Below, piece by piece: positions 23,615 to 38,600 of a DNA stretch of 64,000 nucleotides. The stretch lies in the NCBI GenBank assembly GCA_965202585.1, contig OZ241827.1, positions 71,796,001 to 71,860,000 of the forward strand. The letters are read 5' to 3'. This stretch comes from Thalia democratica. Lineage: Eukaryota. Numbering within the stretch: the first letter of the stretch is position 1; every line of letters starts with the position of its first letter. A program made the translations under genes and the position numbers. The notes under the pieces are model-generated. The model made no database searches and was not told where the DNA came from. It saw only the letters and a program-made list of their open reading frames with translations.

Positions 23615-23629
23615 TTAGTACAGACCACT
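23615..23629 (-). CDS. rdgB: rdgB putative terminal exon 30 (SGLY*)
   Basis: Acceptor CATCTTTTACAG followed by AGT GGT CTG TAC TAA; 109-nt intron; no homology support. Confidence 0.55.
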   Translation of the reverse strand, partial: SGLY

Positions 23630-26600
23630 CTGTAAAAGATGTACCAGTTTTTTTTAAATATTTATAGTTGAAGTTTAAAAACTTTGATAAAAAGTTCAAA
23701 TTAATTTAAACTAAGTATTTTTAACATATCAAACAAACTTTAGCATCGAATTTAGCAGGTGAAAGAACTTCAGGTCTGTGAAGATCGTCTAAATGGTCAG
23801 GATACCCATTTGGTAACCACTGAAAAATTAAACTTATTTCAGTTACTAATACAATATTGTTTTTTATTACTTTAATCAAATATTTTATATTTCAAGTTCT
23901 TGACTAGTTTTTATAGTATACAAAAATTATATAATTGATGACAACTTTTTTGTTCTTAAAATAAAACTTGAAAATTGATTATAAGTGATAAAACAAAACA
24001 ATATTTTACAATTTAATAAGAACGTTCAGTTACAAATAAAATCAACTAACAGTGCAAGTATTTTGGGTTTGTTTTTTAGATTTACCCAATATAAATACTT
24101 TATCGTGTGGTATGGGTAGTTGATTGTAAACTGCAATATCTTTTGATGAACCGTAAGCTGCTACATATTGTAAGTTGCACTGTTGAATTATAAAATAAAT
24201 TAAAAATAATTAAAAGCAATAAGTACTTTAAAAAGATTATTTCGGTTGCTGATTTATAAGTTGCAAGTTCAACTGTATTAAAAAACTTTATACTTATTTA
24301 AGCATTAAAAATTACTTAACAGTTAAAATTTTGAGAACTCTGTACGATAATTACAGTATTTTAGAAACTAACCAAATAAAACATTTTTTAAACTTAATCA
24401 CTTTTTCTGCTTTTAAAATGTTTTCGGTTAATAACACTCAACATAAATAAATAAAAAAAAAATATTACTTCTTTCTGTATGTTCTTCAACGTATTCGCCT
24501 TGCTACTCAAGAAGTTGGTTATATTAGTGTCACAAAAATAAAGTGGTCCGAATGGGAAATTGTGACGTAATAACCACGTCAGAACCGACTTCTTCTGAAG
24601 GTCTGGGCGAGCTGTGACGTATGTGATGACGTAACCCATCTGCTGCCATCTCCTGAGGGTGAAAAATATAAATTATTATACACTAACAGTTGTTTGTTTA
24701 TAATTGCTATTTACTCACTACCTATTTTTGTAATATTTTAAATCTTACTACATGCATTTATTATTTTTATATAATGAATAGATTCAAAAAACACGAAACA
24801 AATCACTTTGTGTGCTAAAATTCGACCAACTGTTTACAAAAAGCATCTGTTACATAGGCATTATACCTTAATAATTTTTTAATCTATATTCAAATAGATT
24901 TATGCAAATTATATATTTTTTCGCGACCGGTTTCGGTGGCAAGAGATTGCGACTTTTTCAAGCAAAATCTCTTTACATCACAGTAAATTGAGCATTCTTT
25001 TTAAGTTAAGGCAAATAACTATATAATCTATATCCAAAAACAATAAATGTTTAAAACAATCTAAATGGTAAAAAATAATTGAAAAAACTGTGATAAGAGC
25101 TGAGTTCTGGAAGTTGTAGTGAAATCAAGAATATTAAATGTAAATACTTAATAAGAAAACAAATATTAGTAGATGTTTATAAAGTATATTTGTAGTGTTA
25201 CTAAAAATACATAGATTGAATGATAAATGTTTTCATTTATTGATTTATAAGATTTTGAAAGTTTTACGTTGCGAACCGTTAAAATGTAATTTTATTGCAA
25301 ATAAAACCAAAATAAATATAACTTTTTAAACAAGTTTGAGAGCAGAAATATTTAACATAAGTATAACATAAACATCTACTAATCAAACTAATATTAAAAT
25401 AAGCGAACTAATAATTTAAACAGATAAACGAGATAAATTTACCTTTTTTTTTAAGTAACTTTCAATGTTTTTTATAAAACAGTTTTTTGATAAATGTGTG
25501 TTTTTTGTTTAAAAAGTCAGTTGAACTAACTTAACTAGCAAAAAAAAAACATACAGAAATATTTTTTAATACATAAATATACAGACTATGCTAGTATTAT
25601 GCTTTTTTACAAATACAATAGTTTAGTAATTTTCGAAATATTTACAAAAAGTTTTACACGACAGAGTTAATAAAAAAAAAACTAGCCAATGAAAACTTTA
25701 AAACCTAAATTAAAAAAATTTATTAAAAATTAATATAAATACTTACAATTATATTTTTATAAGAGTGTTAAACCTGAGCCAATGGACGCACAATGGAAAA
25801 AAGTTCATGCATTTGCAGAAAACTAAAATACAAAATTAGTAACTTACTTTTATACTTAACCGAAAACCTTTTTTAATTTATCAAATAATTACAAACCTCA
25901 CGACATCAACAGCTGAGGGTCTGACTTTGGGATCGTTGGCGAGTATTGAGAAGTTGGTCGTAAAAGATCCATCTATGCTGAAGACTACTGATTCTAATTG
26001 GGGTGGGATTACTGCTAAGTAACTATCCGAGTATGTCATATCACCTCTGTGGAAAAAATATTAATAATTATCAAAAACTATTATCAACAACTGATTCTAA
26101 TTTCTCCTAAGTAGGATTCTGAATATGTCATATCCCCTATGAAAATATATTTTACAATTTTAAATTTTACTAAGAAGTAGTTTTATACCCCAACCCTTGA
26201 AAAATAAGTGCAAAAAAATAAAACATTTATTTTTAGTAACAAGTTAAAGCTAAACCTAAAGAACAAAAATAGTATTATTGAGATGTATTTATTCTAATAA
26301 TATATATCATCATGTTTAAGCATAAGAATGTGTGTGCGACATATATTTTTGCGAATTGTTATATAACTACTTGTAATTAATTTTTTTTAAAGTTGTACCC
26401 TGAGCTAAAAAACGTTTATTCTTTTATCTTAAACACAATTGTCAAAATAACTAATCGATTGAATATTGAAGCTTTGATATTAACAAAAAGAAAACACAAC
26501 AACAAATTAATTTAATTAACAACCACTGCAACCTGGTACATTTTTAAGTTGAAAAGTGTTTGACTTAAAAAAAAAAGTATTAAACTAATATACTAATAAC

Positions 26601-29600
26601 ACATATGTCTAACCCACCTAACAAGCATTCTAATCTGGTACAATCCTCTTTGTAATTTATCTTCAGATGGTAGAATGTAATTAATTTTACCGTGACTTGC
26701 TTGCTGGCTTGACAATAATTTCCATTCGTTTGTATTCTGTATATGTTATAAATAAAATAATGAAAAAAAAATTAGACAGATTATTCAATTTAGCAAAAAG
26801 AGTTAAACGTTAAACCCTATGCAATAGATACTCGAATTTTTTAATATTTTCAAAACATGCAAAAAATAAGTGTATCCATTGGCAGACGGCAGGTATATTT
26901 ATAAAAATACGTAAAAAATACACAAATACATGAAGGTATAGAAACATGTTTGCCATAATAACTAATTACTGCGGACAAAAAATTAATAATTACTTGTTAT
27001 CAAGAGTAATGAAGATATATATTGCTATTGATAAACGAAAGTTATTTAATCAAAAAGGAGTTGTTTTGGAATAGATTAATATTTTACGTTCTATTACAAA
27101 ACTAAAATATCTTTTTTACAAAAATCTAAATTACAGCAGTTAAAACTTAATCGAATAAAAACTATAGTTTCAACTTATGTTGGTGATTAAAGCTTAACGA
27201 GTACTAATTATCTCAATTTAAACTGATTAAAAAAAGAACTAGCAATTTTTTGCCTTAACTAAATCAATAAATATCTGTATATAAAGAAAACGAATCATTT
27301 GCACGGACTTTTTTCGATCAACTTAAAAATTAGTCACATTGATATTTATGTTAAGCTTATTTTAATTGCAGCTTTAAAATTGGTATAGTCAACCCAGGGT
27401 ATGAAATTAAACATTTTCAATGCTTAATTACTGGTTCTGGTTTACATTATCACAAATCAGCCTAGTTTTAAATTGAGTAAACACAAACTAGTTCTAATAT
27501 ATTTATAAAGAACTAAACTTTAGTTTTTTTAAGGTCAAAAGTAAAACAAAAGAGTGCTGTAAATACTATATATGACTATCAAAAATGAATGTAATTAAAA
27601 TCCAAGACAGTTTTTTCCAAAACTTTATTTTTAAGTTAAAGTTTTTCATTTAGATTTTTTATACACAATTAAAAAAACAATTTAATAAATATATCAATTA
27701 ATAAAACAAACAAAAGAAAAACTTTAAAAAGTAAAAACTAAAAGTTTAAAAAATACTGAAACATTACATTCACGGATATGTACAGAAACTGTTTTTATTT
27801 AAGCTGTGTCTGTAATAACTATTTATGAAGAGCTAGAAGACAAAAAACTTTAAACGTAAGATTAGAAAATATATTAAGAAAACTCAAATTTTAAATGATG
27901 TATATTTTTGTATACAAAAATAAAAAAACTAACAGTAAAATGAACGTATATGTCAATTGTCTCATCATGTAATGACACCATATCCAGTGGACCGTAGCAA
28001 AACTTTCCCGCCAAATTTTGCTGGTTTCCCTCCAAAACAACAGTGTCCTTGGATCGGTGGTTCGCGCTTAAATTCTGTTCGGGAAAGTTTTGAGATCAGT
28101 AATATAACTATTAAATATATTATTTGGCAACACCAAGCAAAAAATTCCCGTACTCGTGGAATTTTTTAGTTTGAAAATTTGTGCAAAACAATTACAACTT
28201 AGCTTTTTAGCTAATAAATATACTAAACGCGATCTTTAGTTAATTTCTTTACACAATCGTGCCTACTAGACTAACATTTTATTGAAAAACTAGCTTTTGA
28301 AATTATTTATTTTTATAGTATCATTTACAAAAACTACAAGCTACCAAAACTCTTTCTAAAACTTCTGGCACACTAACAAAAAAAGTTGTTTATCCCCTAT
28401 TTATGACCTAATTTGCAGAGTCAAAAACTTTAATTGAAAATCAACGCTCCACAAAAGCTTATCAAGGTTAAACTGTATTTGATAAAAAAATAAGCTAAAA
28501 CGGTTGTTTATTTTCTAAAAACAATATATATATATTTTTTTTTTTTAATCAATAAAAACATCTGACCCCAATTTTGAATGAGGTTCTTTTGTGTTTCCAC
28601 TTTTGTCGCTGAATAACTGGGTCAAAGGTTGCCCCGTCACCCAAATCGAATGATACTTGCTGATGTTGACCTACTTCTTCTACTGGTTGCTCCTGATTGA
28701 ACATCTGTTTAGTTAAAAAAATATATTAAACACTTATTTCATGAGACCTATTGTATCATCAAGTAGCAAAAATAATATGAAAGAAATAAATATAGACTAA
28801 GACATACTGGTATTTTTATAAGTTTTACAAGTAAACCTTTAGGTAAAAACACATTTTACAAAACTAATAAAAAAACTGATTCCTTCATAGTATGTATACT
28901 TTCACATTTAAATATTACTCATGGCAAAAAACAAGATCAATTAAGTGCATTTTGTATACATACGTTTAAACAGTACTGACGTTGCTATTTAGTCATTAGT
29001 TTTAAAACCTATGTGACCCAAGTTTCGAAAACAAAATTTTCATTTTCCTTTAAATGTGTAAAATCAAACAATAAAACTTAATCACTGAAAAAAACAAAGA
29101 GCATTTAAGAACAACTTTTTAGTAAAATGTTTTTAATTTTTTCTTAAATGATTTGTTCCTATCAGTAGATTACTTTGTAAAAAAACTTACATGACCTAAA
29201 GTTTTAAAAGTTGCTTATTAATATTTCCATCTCACTCGAGTTAATTTCGATTGTAAAATAAATACCACTAAATAAAAACAAAAAAGTATTATTAAGTAAT
29301 TATATTTGATAAATAATTTGCTACCTTCTAAAACTTTAAAAATAAGTACTTTTTAATTTAACCTAACTAAAACCTTAAAAATGATTGATTATAAACACTT
29401 AAAAATGTTGTATTATTTTTAGAATAGAAACTAGTGAATTATATAGTTTGTTATAGTAATTAGTAAATTTACACTAGATTTTATTGACACAATTATTGAA
29501 ATTTTATTGCACTTCTACAAAAAGCAAAGGCAAAGTTTTAAAAAACAGCTAAAAAGTAATTATAAAAAATAATTAAACTAGTTTTGTTTAAACTAAGCTA

Positions 29601-32600
29601 ATAATTAGTAATCAAACCCAAAATTTAAAACATTTATATGTAAAAGCGACTTTCGTAATCTATAAGTTTTATGTAAGTATTTTATCTAAATTTCAAGACA
29701 ATTAGAAATAACATATATTTTTTAACAATAGAAAAGTAAGTGTACAAAAGAAAGATTTTATTATCAATATTAAAACAAGTAAAACAATCTGTTATCATGA
29801 TAGGAAACATAACCTCATTAGTTTAGCATTATTACATTGTTTTCCCACACTCTACATTTTGAAATTATTAATAAATCGATTGATTTTAAATATGCAGTAC
29901 ATATCAGTTTTAAAACTGACATTTTAATTAGTTGTTAACATTTAAATAAATATCAAGTTTATGTATTTATAGAGGTATTGTGATTTTTAAAATTAAATGT
30001 AAATCATTGTTATATTTATAAAATAATGAACTTTGCACAGTATCAAATGCACTTTAAACAACTCTGCAAATGCTTGTATTTACGTCTTTTGTAAAATATT
30101 AATAAATTAAGAAGACATTGTGTTGTTTTGTAATTAGATATATTCAAAAATGTTTCATCTAACATTAATGTACGTAATTATATTCAAAAAAAAAAAGAGT
30201 TTTTGAACATATCATAACAATCAGTATTTATTAAAATCTAAAATATATTGATCTTTAGTTTAATTGTTGAAACAAAATAAAAACTTAAACTAAATATTAG
30301 TTTTGAAAGTTTTTTAACTTGACAAATAAGGTAATTTTTCAGTTCAATGAACTACAAATTTTTTAACAAGCAACCAAAAATTTTAAAAGTTATTAAGGTG
30401 TTCAATGGTTCATATAAGTTATTCAAATTAAAACAAATTATTTTTATTAAAAGCGTATTATGTCTATTTTTACGTGTTTTAAAAGCCAGTTGTATAATGT
30501 TTCATAATTTAATTTTATGTTTTTTAAAACTAACCACTTTTATTAAAAAAAAAAAAAAAACTTAAACAAAAAAAAATATCTTTAAGAAGTGCGTATAACT
30601 GCCAATTAAATGTTTTTTTTTTCCATTTCAATTACAATTTGTGTAAAATATATTGGATATTTTTAATAAAAATTTGTTTTTATCTTTCAAAAATCGTAAA
30701 TCAACAGTTTACCTCAAAAGTTGAAGTAAGTTGTTGAAATTAAAACAAACAAAATTTATTAGTAAAGTGTGTGTAATTGCTAATTAATTAAGACTTAGAA
30801 TTTTTTTTTATTGATATTTATATTATAGTTCATATGAGTTTTTGAAACTTGAAGAAATACCATTTTAAAAAGCATATTGTTGTCAATTATTAAAAAAATA
30901 TTTTTTTCTTCATATACTTTAAAAACTAAAGCAGTAAGTTCATAAATATGAAGTAACTTCACATTTTTAAATTGAACACCAGTAACAAACTCTATGAAGT
31001 GCTAATTACCAATTTAAGAAAACTTTATTTTTCAAATGAACTATAATTTACGTCATAATTAGTTAACAGTTTTAATAAATAATTCTTTTTTATTATTGAA
31101 AAACAACCATTCACCTAAAAATTTCAATTAAGTTAATGAAATTAATACAAACGAATCTTATTACAAGCGAATTCTTGTCATTTATAAAAGCTTTCGTATT
31201 TAATCAATGTATATTTATTTTCGATAGCATGATTTACAAAGAGTTGATATAAGTGTTAAACTTCAACTGTAGATTTAGTTCAACTTAAAAAAACTTTAAC
31301 TATTAAAACACTAGTTCTACGATAGCCTATAATTGCCAATTATATATGCTTTTTAAATTTCAATAGACCTTCAACACAACAATAAATGTACAATTTTTGT
31401 TATAAAGTATTAGAAAACGGAAGAAAATAAAACTATGAAGCGTGTATAAAAACAAATTAAAGATTTATTGTTTGTTTCAATTAAGTTTGTATGGTTTTAG
31501 ATGATATATGTAATTTACAAACAAACTAGTTAATAATTAAACACCTTATAAATTTATTTTATAAGTGTATACAAGTCGTAATTATAAATTCATACACATT
31601 ATGTAAGTTTAGTTATTTTAGTAATTCAAAAAACAACCATTAAGTGTATTAATTACCAGTTTAAGTCTTGTCTTCATTTCAATTCATAACATAAAACAAA
31701 AAGTTTTTAAACTATTTAAATAACTAATAAAAAAACTTAGACTTTTAAAGAGCATATAAATTGTCATAGTAAATTCATACAAATGCCACATTATTACACA
31801 GCTTCTAAAATGAAATGCGGATGAGATACTTCTTATAAACCGACAAAGTTGATGCAAATTTAATTTAAATGACATTTAAGCCGGTTTTTATGTGCACTGT
31901 ATATGATCTCAAATGACTTTTGAACTTTTTCTTCAAATTAGTTTAAATGATTTAACTTAATTTGTTTTTTTTTTTGCACTTATACATTTTAGAATAACAG
32001 AGTTTGCTATTTGAAAACACTTAAAATGTTTTTATTATTTGAAAATTGCATTATCTATAAACAAACTGTGTACAAAGGTTGGAAACAAATACTTCAAAAA
32101 ATTTTAAGTTTTAGTCTTCAAACATTTAACTAAATATTTATGAGGTTTATAAGTTAGAAAAACTCGTTTAAATTAAAAGTTTCAATTTATTTTGTTCGTT
32201 TCTGCACTTTCAATGGTAACAATGAAAGTGTTTTTAAACAGTCTGTGTAACATGAACATATTGTCACATGAATTACAATACAATGTATACAGGTGTTAAA
32301 GTTCTTTGTTGTTGTTTTTAGATACTAATAGTTTGTTTTGTGTGAAGCTTGTGTGGCCTAAACTTTGAAATGAAAGGTTTTAGAAAGCTTGAATAAGCAA
32401 GATTAAAATAGATATTTGCAGCAATTTAAAGAGCATTTATCTACAACTTTTACATATATATTTGTAAAAAGTGCTAGAAAGCTTTGTTTTTATTTTTTTA
32501 TTGTAAAAAACTATACCACCCAAACCTTTAAAAAGACACATTTTCAGTCCATAAAGTTCAGAAATGTTTGTAAATTTATAAGATTTTAGTTTAAAAATAT

Positions 32601-35600
32601 TTTTTATAATCTATAAAACCTATGTTTAATTTTTTTTATTGGTAAACTTAAACTGTAAGTATTTTTTTACTCTTAGTATTTGAACAGTTTTGTAGTAAAA
32701 CATTTAAACGTATAACTAAGTACATTAGCATCTAAAATGTATACAATAATTTTTTTATAAATCTAAACCTGTCTTAATGAGAAGGCAGCAAAATCAGTGC
32801 CAATCATTAATAAAAACTAAACATGACATGGCAAAATAACACAACATTGTTATAAAATTAAACTGATTACAAAATAATAAAAAACATCCTAACCTGTCTG
32901 ATTGCAAAGGCTGCGAAATCGGTGCTTTCCCAGAAACTGGCGTGGTGGAGATGAGCCAATGAGGACAAAGGAAATGTTGACAGTTCTGACGGACTGAATA
33001 AGGAGTAGTCGATACGCTTGCTACCCCACCACGTGTTCAAAACTGAAAACATTGTAAACAATTTTAATCGGTATACCAGGGATTAGTAAATTTTTTAAAC
33101 ATAATGGTTAAAAGTTCGATACGGCCGATAATGATTAGTCTATACATTTGTTGCTACCTAACCGTGTGCTCAAAACTGTTTGTAAACATATTTATTTTGT
33201 ATATCAGGGCTAAAAGTTTTAAAAACAGTTTTAAATGAATTTTATTAACGTTTCAAAAATTTAAAACGTATATAAAACATTTAAATAACAGAGTTTTAAG
33301 ATTATCGTGGAAAAAATAACTTTTAAAATCATGACTTAACTAATAAGTAATATCAATGCAAGTTTTAAGATTATATAAGTAAAGACAACTATTAATTCTA
33401 TTTAAAAGTTTAACTTGATATTATCAACATTTAATTGATAACTTTTTTAACAGAAAGTTTTAAGTTAGGGAGTGTTTTTCAACTGTTTACAGTTTAACTA
33501 AATGCTCTATTCATCGAAAATTAATAATAAAATAGAACTTTAAGTTTATCGACAGATTATTTTGTGACTGTGAAGTTGTATAGTAAATTTATCATTTATT
33601 AGAAAATAATTTTTATAAACTTCAAGTAGCATGTTATTTTTATTTAAGTACTAAGCATGCACATGCAAAATTAAATTATTATAAATATATCTATGCATAT
33701 GATACTATATGAAAACAAAACAACTTTTTACTATTTGTTAAGTTGAAAATACATAAAAGACCACTTATTAAATTCAAAAACACTTTTAAAATCTTTTTTT
33801 GTATAATTTATTATAATATTTACGTATGAAACTTCTTAACCCCTTTGTATTTGTTTTTCATTTTAGCTTGACCCAACTTTTATTGGACTTACCTATCGTT
33901 CTGTTATAGCTAAATTCATTAAACCATATGTTGCTTTTACGTCTTACTTTTTATAGCTTAGGTACAATTAAGATTTTTTCAGAACCTTGTGTAGTTAATT
34001 GTTAAACTTTTTTAAATTCAAATTGAAAAACAACAATGACTACCGATTAAAATCGATATTCTTAAAATTCAAATAGTAAATATCAACTTAACCTTTGTAG
34101 ATTTATTTCTATTTAATTTAAGCCAACCTTTATTGAATTTACCTATTTTCATATCAAATAAAACAATCCTTTTATTGGAAACAAAGTTTACGTTTTGAAT
34201 TAAGACGTTTGCGTTCCAATTCGCAAACGTTTCGGCGTCAAAACTTACTATGACGTCACAAATCGATCTGATTCGGAATTAGAGACAAAATAAACTCGGT
34301 TTGGAAAACAAAAAGCAAACAAACCGCATTTAGACTCAATAAAACGCGAAAAGCTTTTAAAAAGTCCGAAAATCTTATTTTATACGCACAGGACAGAATA
34401 AACTTCTCAATTAAATGTTTTGATTTTTATTGTCCTGCACCGCGGAAAGTCTAAGCACTTAATCCTAAGTGGTGAATAATTTATAAGGTAGACAGTAAGT
34501 GAAATAACCGATCATAAATCCGATTGAGTGGTTCAGTTCAGTGTAGGAAATTTAATTTTGCCAAATTAAAATTTGTTGATTTGCCTTCACAATGCAATGT
34601 AAAATTTTGTAGTTTTTGCAGAGTAATAAAAAGTTTTTATTTATTTGTTTAATTTCAAGAGTTTGTCAAAGATACGTATGATTTGACTTTAAAATCAAAC
34701 TTTTTAGTTTGCTAGAGATTTTGAATAGTGTTAAAAAATTAATTGGTTAATTTATAAGAGTTTTTGTTGGGTTTATACTAAAAGTAAAGCGCTTTTTAAA
34801 CATGTTTGAATAACTAAACTGTTTGACAGATTTAAGCAAAAATTGTTGCGTGTATTTATAAATTAGTAAGCATTGAAAAGACGTTTAAAAGTATTATTGA
34901 TAAAAATATTATACAGCTTTATAACTTAAGTTTATTTAAAAAACAACTAATTTGTAAATTGAAATTTTAACACTCCTAATTGATTCAGTAAATTTACATA
35001 CAATTTAAGTTGAAAAAAAAACTTAAAATATAGTAAAAAGTCACGTGTCTAGAATTAAACGGATATAACACAGTATTTAGTGTTTTTCCAAAGGTAATTA
35101 AAACTCTAATATTACATATATATAGTAAGGTATTTTAAAGACTTAGAGTTTCATAAAGTCAACTTAATTTGTATATAAATTTACTAAACCAATTAGGAGT
35201 TACGAAGTACATACTAAAGTTTCCGGAATTTAACGGATATAACACATTATTTAGTGTTTTTCACAGTGTTATTTTACTTGTATTTTAAAGATTTAGAGTT
35301 TCAGGAAATTAACCAAATTGTATGTAAATTTGTTAAATCAATTTGGAATGTTTAGCATTAAAACGCTTAGTGGAAAAATTAATTTACTTTATCATAAAAA
35401 CACTTACGAAAATCTAAATTGACACTAAATTTACCAGATTAATAACGTGAAACTAGAAAATTCTAAAAACAAATATAAAAGTACACTTATACATTAAGTA
35501 ACTATAGTAAAAGTGTACAGTATTATCAATTAAAATCAAAATATACATGTACAACTACAACATGTTTAACAAATTAACATTCGTGACATTTAAAAATTTT

Positions 35601-38600
35601 GAGTGATAATGAGATCTATATATTTTGTTACTAGCTAAAAACACAAAAAAAAGTCAAAACGTTTGGGTTAATAGTAGCAAATAGATTTGTTTTAAAGCTT
35701 TAATGTAGTTTGCAAACTACATTTTTAAAAGATTTTATTGATTTGTTTTAATCAATTTAATGTTATGCTATATTTTTAATGCCTTAATTATATACTGAGC
35801 TTAAAAAAACAAAAATAAATACAAAACATGCATACAAAAAATTGACCAAAACTGAAATCTTTATACAAACAATAACATTTTCTTAAAATAAACATTTGTT
35901 CACAAATTAAAACAGGTTCAATACTTTTATTTAACATGCAGAATATTGGAATCAACATTATATATTCAAATTCTATTTTTACATGTAATGTACTAAACTT
36001 GCATGCAAAAATTTAAATAGACTTTTATTAGGAAACTACCGATATATAAAGATACATCAACAACAAATAGTAAAATATACCAATGAGCCTATCTATAATA
36101 ACATCTAAATATATTTCTACATTTGATCTATGGAGATGGGTCACTTTTGCACGAAGTCTTTTTTTAACGAGTTTCAATTTTTAATTAAAGCTATAATGAG
36201 TTTAAAATTGTAATACAATTAAAACGAACCTAATTAAAACTTAAACAAGCATTAATGGAAAACTAAACTTAAAAAAAAGAATTTAAAATTTAAACATAGC
36301 AACAATAAACCTTAAAAAAATTAGCGAAAAAAATGACTTTAGTGCAAAATAGACTCTTGTGCATATTTTACATCTACCCGTGATCTATATAATTACAAGA
36401 GAAACCAGCTGTCAAATTTTTGTTTGGAACCACCAAAATATGTACATCAAAAGAAAATAAGGAAATTGCTATTCAGTGAACAGATCTGACATACTTCTAC
36501 ATCTAGTGTACTACAATTTGCATGCCCCAAAATAGATTATGTATCATGTATATAAAAACACCACAACTTAGAAAAGTGAACGTTTAATTTTTTAAAATCT
36601 AACTCTTCATATATTGTACCAATTTAGTATGTAATAAATACTAATGTGAACCGTGTTTTAATTTTGAAATATACTTTTACATGACATCTACTGAACTAGA
36701 AATACAGAACATTAAAAGCTACATTAAAAGAAAACTACAATGTATACGAACAGCACAAAGTGATTACTATTAAGTGAACATATCTAACATGCAACTACGA
36801 GTAAAACTAACTGTCGGTGATGTCTCTGTAATTAGAAACAGCAAAAAGCGAGTTGGAATCTAAAGAACTCAGCCGAGTCAACCTGCCGTTTTGCCAATCT
36901 AACGCTGGAAATACATGCAAAACAATTAAAATGAACAGAAAAAAGCCCAAAAAAATAAAAACAAAGTTTAAAACAAAATTTTAGGGAGCAATAAGAATAA
37001 AATAAATAAAATAATTTCTGGGGTTTATAGTGAGTGGCTAGTACATTTGTTTTCAAGCTCTAATGCAGTTTGCAAATTACAACTTTAAAAGGTTTTATTG
37101 ATCTGTTTTCAAACAGTTTAATGTAATAATTTTTGTTTTTTATTGCCGTATACACAATGAACCTAAGCTAAATGGTACACATGATTTTTTGTGTGTATTT
37201 TTTGTTAACGTAATTGTTTAAAAGAATAATGGTTTGCATTCATGTGACTAAATTTTATTTCAAAAACTAATATTTTGAAATATTAACCCAAAACTGACTT
37301 ATTTCAGCATTAGGGAATATGAAACTAAACAAATAAGGAAAACATGTAAAAAGATATTTTTCGAGTTTAAATGTACATAAAATAAACTTTATTTCAAGCG
37401 CAAGCATTTTATTAGATGGTTTTATTAGATAATTAAAAACCTTCATTGATTCAAAATGTAATATAAACAAAAACTATCTTCATTCACTCCAAAAAAAACT
37501 GTACTTAAAGCAAATTCAAACAAATAATATAAAAAATAATTGAACTTTACATAATACAATAAACCAACCTTTATGATTGAAAGAATGTTGTCGATCTAAC
37601 TTGCTGTTTGTTAGTCTGGGTGAATGATTTGGTGTGAACAAAACTGTATTGTTCAAAAGTGTTTCACCTGGAAAAATATAACAATCAAATTAAAATTCAT
37701 AAAATCGTAAGTGAGTGAATTGCATTTTATTTAATTGTTTTAACGAGCAAAATAAAACTGTATTGTTGAGTAGTGTGTCACCTTAATTTTTTTTTAATTT
37801 AAACATATTTAGTTTTTTTAATAACAAATTCCCATACAGTGCTTCACTTTAACTAAAATAGCAAAAAGTAAGTAAATATTCTAAAAATCTATGTTACTTT
37901 TTATATGTGGAAAATTAAACTTCTAAGCATCTTATAAAAAACACCAAGTAGTTTCAGGTTAATGAAATAAATATTTAGGTTTTCTAATAATTAAAAAAAA
38001 AAAGTAAACTGGTTAACAGTGTTTCATTTATACATAATATAAAAAAATAATAAAACAAAACTGTTTTTTATAAAAATTAAATGGTGTTTAATTTTTTCTG
38101 TACTTACGTCTGTAGGGGATAAATAGTTATTAAATAAACTGAGTTGAGCAGTTTTATTATTTAACATTCATTGCTAATAAAATTATATAGATCAAATTTC
38201 AAGTACAAGCAGAGCTAGAACTGTTGTAGTTGTATTGGTTTAATATTTAAATAAAGTAAGTTAAAAGTTCAATGTTTTTAAAGTTTTCAAAATTTTTTTT
38301 TTAATTTTTTTGTTTGGAAATTTTAATTTTTAATTTTTCAAATTCTGTTCCGACGGAATTTTCTAAATATATCAAGGAACATTTCCTAAAAATTTGAGGT
38401 AGTTATCTCAAAAAACGTAGGAGGAGATAGATTTTTAGTGATTTTTAGTTATTTGCCGTTTTAGTTTGCGCCTCCCATAAGGATCCTATTGTTGCCTCCG
38501 ACTTTGACCGGCTATATCTCAAAAGTTATTTTGATTTTTTTAAATCTGTAAAAAGCATCTTGTAGTTTAGTAAAAGTTATATAAAATAAGATCAAAAACA

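Noticed and set aside
28138-28166. AAAAATTCC...GGAATTTTT 9-bp inverted repeat in intron 23
   Set aside because: Short, AT-rich and single-copy; expected by chance
27957-28169. Plus-strand 70-aa ORF
   Set aside because: Antisense shadow of rdgB exon 24
36832-37056. Minus-strand ORFs 36832-37056, 43421-43675 and 44318-44500
   Set aside because: Wrong-frame readings of exons 21, 18 and 16; family homology and synonymous A/B changes identify the other frame
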